Shown piece after piece: positions 48,366 through 53,239 of a DNA stretch of 53,239 nt. The DNA comes from a candidate division FCPU426 bacterium (GTDB taxonomy: Bacteria > Oederibacteriota > Muellerivitia > Muellerivitales > Muellerivitaceae). The notes under the pieces are model-generated. The model worked only from the letters and a program-made list of their open reading frames with translations, was not told where the DNA came from and searched no databases. The DNA lies in the NCBI GenBank assembly GCA_963771075.1, contig CAVYSE010000015.1:1-53239 (forward strand), in the 5' to 3' direction. Positions within the stretch are counted from its first letter, which is position 1. Every line of letters begins with the position of its first letter. A program made the position numbers and the translations under genes.

Positions 48366-48914
48366 ATGACCATTAAAAAAATAAAACTTTTACTGACCGA
48401 CGTGGACGGGATCCTGACGAATGGGAAGGTGATTTATGGGGAACATGAGGAATGGGTCCAGTTTGACATCCAGGATGGAATCGGCCAACGTTTGGCGGCT
48501 TATGGCGGACTGACAGTGGGTTGGTTGACGGGCCGCCAGTCCAAGGCGGTGGAGGCCCGGGCGCGCAAGTTAAAGGTACCTTATCTTTACCAGGGTAAAT
48601 TGGATAAACTCACGGTTGCCAAAAATCTTTGCAAGAAAATGAATCTGACCCTCTCGGAGGCCGCCTATTTGGGCGATGACTTGATTGATCTGCCGCTCCT
48701 GGCCCAAGTGGGTTGGTCTGCGACCGTTCCTTACGGGCGGCCGGAGGTAAAGAAGATCGTGCATTTCGTGACCCGGGCCCATGCCGGCGATGGGGCTTTT
48801 CGGGAAGCCGTGGAGCGAATCCTCAAAGCCCAGGGGAATTGGGCCAAGACCCTTGAGGTCTTCCATCAGGGAAATAACCGCCTTGCCCCCTTGACGACTG
48901 CCCCGGGCACATAA
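48366..48914 (+). CDS. kdsC: KDO-8-phosphate phosphatase
   Basis: DVDGILT, QDGIG, GDDLIDL, GAFRE. Confidence 0.94.
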   Translation: MTIKKIKLLLTDVDGILTNGKVIYGEHEEWVQFDIQDGIGQRLAAYGGLTVGWLTGRQSKAVEARARKLKVPYLYQGKLDKLTVAKNLCKKMNLTLSEAAYLGDDLIDLPLLAQVGWSATVPYGRPEVKKIVHFVTRAHAGDGAFREAVERILKAQGNWAKTLEVFHQGNNRLAPLTTAPGT

Positions 48915-48920
48915 GATCCA

Positions 48921-49835
48921 ATGGACCGCCCCCTGAAGAAAATCAAACATGACCTCATTTATTATTCCGCCCGGGTCTTGATCGCCTTCCTGGGTATACT
49001 CCCTTTTACCTGGATGAAGCCCATCGGCCGATTATTCGGATTTTTCGTTTTTTGCCTGGCGGGAGGAGAACGGAGAAAGACCCTCGCGAGCCTTCGGGTC
49101 GCATATCCCGAACCAATTTCAAAGCAGGAAATCGAAAGATTAGCCCGCTTGGTTTGGATGGGTGTAGGGCGAAACCTTTTCGAGGTTGTCCAATGGCGGT
49201 CTTTTACGCATGAACGCCTGGTTTCCATGGTGGTGAGGCAAGAGGGCGTGGAAAACTTGGAACAAGCCATTCAGAAGGGCAAGGGCGTCATGGTATTAAC
49301 CGCCCACCTGGGGAATTGGGAGCTTTTGGGCGCCTGGCTTTCCAACCGGCACACGACCACCGCCGTGGCCCAGAATCTTTACGATTCACGTTTTGATTCC
49401 TTGATGACTGGTTTGCGCGAGAACACCATCAAGGTCAAGATGATCAAAAGGGGGATCGCGTTGAGGGCCATCCTGGAATCCCTTAAAAAGAATTTTATCT
49501 GTATCGCCGTGGTGGATCAGGACACGGGCAAGGATGGCGTTTTTGTTCCCTTCTTTAATAAGCCTGCCTGGACCCAGTCCGGTTCGGCCCGTATTGCCCT
49601 GAAAACGGGCGCGGCTCTGGTCCCGGCCTTCGTGGTACGGGGCGCGGATGGCCGTTTTGAGGCGCATGTGGACAAGGAAATCGAGGTGCCCCGGACCGGG
49701 GATGATGAGAAGGATGTTATCGAAACGGTTCGTCGCTATACCGAAGTGGTGCAGACCTACGTTCAAGCCTATCCGGACCAGTGGATGTGGATGCATGAAA
49801 GATGGAAAACAAGACCGGAAGGGGAACGGGGTTAG
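48921..49835 (+). CDS. Lipid A late acyltransferase (LpxL/HtrB family)
   Basis: HLGNWE, DQD, VPFF, PDQWMWMHERWK. Confidence 0.9.
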   Translation: MDRPLKKIKHDLIYYSARVLIAFLGILPFTWMKPIGRLFGFFVFCLAGGERRKTLASLRVAYPEPISKQEIERLARLVWMGVGRNLFEVVQWRSFTHERLVSMVVRQEGVENLEQAIQKGKGVMVLTAHLGNWELLGAWLSNRHTTTAVAQNLYDSRFDSLMTGLRENTIKVKMIKRGIALRAILESLKKNFICIAVVDQDTGKDGVFVPFFNKPAWTQSGSARIALKTGAALVPAFVVRGADGRFEAHVDKEIEVPRTGDDEKDVIETVRRYTEVVQTYVQAYPDQWMWMHERWKTRPEGERG

Positions 49836-50005
49836 GCGGGACGCCGGGGTTATCCCTTCAATTTCCTTGTTTTAATGGTTCCGAAACGTTTTTTTCGCGG
49901 CTGGAGAGCCTCGGATTTAAACTAATGGAAGTCTACCGGGCTGTTGATGAACGTCTAAATGGATGCGGGAGGAACGAGTTGCCGAAAAAAGCCGTGGAAA
50001 TCTTC

Positions 50006-50641
50006 GTGAATGAAGAAACCCAGTTGGAAGGAACGAGCGAAACCAACCCGCCCAAGAGCCGCCGCGCTTTGTTCGTCCTGGTTGTCCTTTCCGTTTTGGC
50101 GGGAGGAGCATACTTTTTACTCAATCGCGGGAAATCACAAGCTCCCACCGTGGACGCCTTTACCCAAAGTAATAACTCGCCCGACGCGGTGATTGAGAAA
50201 TTTCATCTAATATCCACCGTGAAAGGGGAGAAACATTGGGAGCTCTATTCCGACCAGGCTAAGCTCTACCAAAACCAGAAGAATGCCCTTGCTGCGAACA
50301 TTGACGCCCAATATTTCAAGAAAGGCAAGATCGTGTCCACCCTCACCGCCGACCAGGCCATCATCAACACCGAGACCAATGCGACCCAGGCCCAAGGCCA
50401 CGTGGAACTGGTGGTGGAGAACGGGTCCAAACTTTTGACCGATAAGCTCGATTGGGACCCGGACACGGACCAGATCAAAACCGGTGAGCCGGTCCGAATT
50501 TATAAGGGCGGGGATGAGATAACAGCCATCGGATTGACGGCGGATACAGAACTCAATAACGTCCACTTTATGAAGGACGTCCATACTCAAGTCAGGGATA
50601 CCCATGAAATTGAAACTTTCAGCGATCCGAAAGCTTTTTAA
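50006..50641 (+). CDS. lptC: LPS export protein LptC (start uncertain)
   Basis: N-terminal TM plus beta-jellyroll (LLTDKLDWD, GLTAD); position before lptA. Confidence 0.85.
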   Translation: MNEETQLEGTSETNPPKSRRALFVLVVLSVLAGGAYFLLNRGKSQAPTVDAFTQSNNSPDAVIEKFHLISTVKGEKHWELYSDQAKLYQNQKNALAANIDAQYFKKGKIVSTLTADQAIINTETNATQAQGHVELVVENGSKLLTDKLDWDPDTDQIKTGEPVRIYKGGDEITAIGLTADTELNNVHFMKDVHTQVRDTHEIETFSDPKAF

Positions 50642-51506
50642 GCCATCACCCTGGCCCATCCTCGTCCTGGCCGGGGTGGCATTTTGGGCGGTACGGGGTC
50701 TTTGCTACGAAATTCAGGAGCACCGGAATGTCAATTCCCGGAAGCCGGTGAGCATTAACGCAAATCAGTTGACCTTTGACCGGTTAAAAAGCCTGACGAT
50801 CTTCAAGGGCAAGGTAAAGGCCCTCCATGACAAGGTAACCCTAAACTCGGATGAGTTGCGGGCGGTCTCGGACAACCATGAGGCGACCGCTCTGGGGCAT
50901 ATTCTTGTCGTGGATTCCAGCACAGGGATGACCCTCACCTGCGGCAACCTGGAATACCAAGACCTAATGGACCTGATGACCGCCCATGACCATCCCCTTA
51001 TGACGGCCCCGGATGAAAAGGGGCTTCCTATTACGATCATGGGAAGGCAAATGGTCTTGGATTCGGAGAAAAAAACGGTCCAAATCAACCAGGATGTCAG
51101 CATCCTTCAGGCGGATGGCAAAGCCGAGGCGCAAAAGGCGACCTATGTATCCGCCGAGGATAAACTCATCTTGGAGGATGACCCCAAAGTTCAATTGAAA
51201 GGCGGGGACATGTCCGGTCGAAGGATTGTCTCCGGCTTTGGCGAGGATCGAACTATTATTTGCGAGGGAATGGCCGAGGCGAATTTTTATCCACAAGGAA
51301 AATCCGCGTCGTCTTCCCCGGTGAGCGGAACTTCAGCCGGAAGCTCCTTGGTTTCCTCCCTTTCCAATACCTCGAACGGGACTTCCTCTAAATACACTGT
51401 TAATTCGTCCAGCCCGTCAGGGCCGGGGTCCCAACCCGTTTCAGGTGAAGGCACAACGTTGGCAGGTCCGGGAAACTCCAATGGCATGAGGCCAAGTCCA
51501 AGGTGA
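50604..51506 (+). CDS. lptA: LPS transport periplasmic protein LptA/OstA-like with Ser-rich tail
   Basis: PVSINANQL, IFKGKV, jellyroll repeats; between lptC and lptB. Confidence 0.82.
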   Translation: MKLKLSAIRKLFKPSPWPILVLAGVAFWAVRGLCYEIQEHRNVNSRKPVSINANQLTFDRLKSLTIFKGKVKALHDKVTLNSDELRAVSDNHEATALGHILVVDSSTGMTLTCGNLEYQDLMDLMTAHDHPLMTAPDEKGLPITIMGRQMVLDSEKKTVQINQDVSILQADGKAEAQKATYVSAEDKLILEDDPKVQLKGGDMSGRRIVSGFGEDRTIICEGMAEANFYPQGKSASSSPVSGTSAGSSLVSSLSNTSNGTSSKYTVNSSSPSGPGSQPVSGEGTTLAGPGNSNGMRPSPR

Positions 51507-51587
51507 CCCAATCCCCCTTGGGGAAGGTTGGGGTGGCGTGTTATAAAGATGCAATCGATAGGGACCTTCAATCGTTAAAGGAATGAT

Positions 51588-52322
51588 GTGAAAATTCTTC
51601 GAACGGACAATCTCGTCAAGCTTTACAGCAAAAAAAAAGTGGTGGATCGCGTCTCCATCGAGGTGCGCCAGGGGGAAGTGGTTGGACTCTTGGGCCCCAA
51701 TGGAGCGGGTAAAACAACCACCTTTTATATGACGACCGGGTTCATCGCGCCCAATGATGGGAGGGTTTTCTTCGATGAGGAAGGAAAGGTTCATGACATC
51801 ACCCACTTGCCCATGTACAAACGGGCGAGGATGGGTATCGCCTACCTGCCCCAGGAAGCGTCCATTTTTCGCAAACTGACGGTCGAGGAAAACCTAATGG
51901 CCATCCTCGAATTGACCCCCCAATCCCCAGCGGATCGCGAGAAAAAACTGGAGGAACTTTTAGAGGAACTCAAAGTTACCCACCTGGCCAAGCAAAAGGC
52001 TTATACCCTTTCGGGCGGGGAAAGGCGCCGGGTGGAAATTGCGCGGGCTTTAGTGCTACAACCCCATTTTATCCTATTGGATGAGCCCTTCGTCGGAATT
52101 GATCCCATCGCAGTCCAGGATATTCAGGGTATCATCCGGTTCTTGAAGAAGAAAAAAATCGGTATTCTCATCACGGACCATAACGTTCGGGAAACCCTTT
52201 CCATCGTGGATCGTGCCTATATCATGTTTGAGGGGAAAATCCTTCTTTCGGGCACAGCTTCCAAGTTAGCCTCCAATAAGAAAGCCAAGGAAATATATTT
52301 GGGCGAAAGGTTTTCTCTTTAA
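51588..52322 (+). CDS. lptB: LPS export ABC ATPase
   Basis: [44 protein letters not shown]. Confidence 0.97.
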   Translation: MKILRTDNLVKLYSKKKVVDRVSIEVRQGEVVGLLGPNGAGKTTTFYMTTGFIAPNDGRVFFDEEGKVHDITHLPMYKRARMGIAYLPQEASIFRKLTVEENLMAILELTPQSPADREKKLEELLEELKVTHLAKQKAYTLSGGERRRVEIARALVLQPHFILLDEPFVGIDPIAVQDIQGIIRFLKKKKIGILITDHNVRETLSIVDRAYIMFEGKILLSGTASKLASNKKAKEIYLGERFSL

Positions 52323-52373
52323 AATTCCTTAAGGTAGCTACCCATTAATAAATCGTTTCAAAAGAAAAATGGC

Positions 52374-52943
52374 TTGAAACTGTGGGTCGATCAAACCCTG
52401 GACCATTTAAGCCCGGTCCTAATCACCCTTCATGTCGGTCCCAATACGATGACATTCGTGGGGGTGCTTGTAACCGCAATGGTTCCCATTCAGATGGTTA
52501 GGGGTGATTGGCTGGGAGCGGGATTATGGCAATTAGCGGCGGGTTTTTTCGATTTGCTGGATGGTTCACTCGCCCGCAATATCAAAGCTCAATCCGTTTT
52601 TGGAGCCTTTTGGGATTCTACCCTGGACAGGGTTTCCGAATCCTTAGTTTTTGCCGGTTTTCTACTGTATTATTACCAGCATCAGGAACCGGTTCTATTG
52701 ATGGCCGCTTTCGCGATTTCGATTCTGTCACTTTTGGTTTCCTATTGCCGTGCCCGGGCAGAGGGGCTGGGAATTAATTGCGAAGTGGGAATTTTGCCCA
52801 GGCCAGGAAGGGTATTAATTTTGGCTTTCGGTTTTTTGGCCGGCCTACCGACAGCAAGCCTGCTTGGGGTGGGGACCTTAACTCTGGTGACGGTTATACA
52901 GCGTGTCTTTTGGGTTCATCAAAAGGCCCCTCGGGGCCGATAA
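52374..52943 (+). CDS. CDP-alcohol phosphatidyltransferase, probably phosphatidylinositol-phosphate synthase
   Basis: DLLDGSLAR...[23 protein letters not shown]; adjacent to ino1. Confidence 0.85.
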   Translation: MKLWVDQTLDHLSPVLITLHVGPNTMTFVGVLVTAMVPIQMVRGDWLGAGLWQLAAGFFDLLDGSLARNIKAQSVFGAFWDSTLDRVSESLVFAGFLLYYYQHQEPVLLMAAFAISILSLLVSYCRARAEGLGINCEVGILPRPGRVLILAFGFLAGLPTASLLGVGTLTLVTVIQRVFWVHQKAPRGR

Positions 52944-52974
52944 AAGGATTCATTTTTTCAGGAGCTCGACGACT

Positions 52975-53239
52975 ATGCCTAAGGTTCGCGTGGCTGTGGT
53001 AGGAGTGGGTTGCTGTGCCTCTTCCTTGGTTCAAGGTGTGCGTTTTTACCGGAATGCCGATGAAGAGAGTTTCGTTCCGGGTCTGATGCATGTGCGCTTA
53101 GGCTCATATCATGTGGGCGACATCGAATTTTCCTGCGCTTTTGATGTGGATTCCAACAAGGTGGGGAAGGACCTTTCCGAGGCTATCTTTGAGCCCATTA
53201 ACAACACGTTCAAATTCAGCGATGTGCCCGCGCTTGGGG
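52975..53239 (+). CDS. ino1: myo-inositol-1-phosphate synthase, 3'-truncated by the window edge (absent from the ORF track)
   Basis: [24 protein letters not shown]...VPGLMH...[28 protein letters not shown]. Confidence 0.93.
   Translation, partial: MPKVRVAVVGVGCCASSLVQGVRFYRNADEESFVPGLMHVRLGSYHVGDIEFSCAFDVDSNKVGKDLSEAIFEPINNTFKFSDVPALG

Overview
Bacterial chromosome segment from an LPS-producing diderm. The Thr/Pro-rich secreted lipoproteins and a FlgD-Ig-tailed protein resemble candidate phylum FCPU426, which is an unverified inference. The left end (1-4.2 kb) is a defence/mobile patch. It holds a type I R-M hsdM cut off exactly at a 29-bp inverted repeat that brackets a RAYT-like Y1 (HUH) transposase, followed by a RES/Xre toxin-antitoxin pair between 84-bp direct repeats. 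From 4.2 to 10 kb, single genes (GPx, membrane protein, Fe-ADH, PPK2) are separated by several families of nested palindromic repeats, including a 69-76 bp two-hairpin element inserted at CA dinucleotides inside other repeats. From 10 to 20 kb there is a Fur-boxed hemP with an attenuator-like leader, a beta-barrel, cytochrome c, an OprO/P-like porin, two Thr/Pro-rich lipoproteins and a metallophosphoesterase. From 20 to 28 kb there is an ECF sigma/anti-sigma pair with a shared promoter motif, a CBM protein and cellobiose phosphorylase. From 35.8 to 44 kb there is a B12 radical SAM gene, a split transketolase with an altered active site, a DeepYkr-type RubisCO-like protein and a sulfite/nitrite reductase. 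The right end is kdsD-kdsC-lpxL-lptCAB followed by a PIP-synthase-like gene and ino1. Several genes carry single-base frameshifts that are probably assembly errors. No tRNA, rRNA or CRISPR array was seen. All family assignments come from motif recognition by eye, not from database searches.
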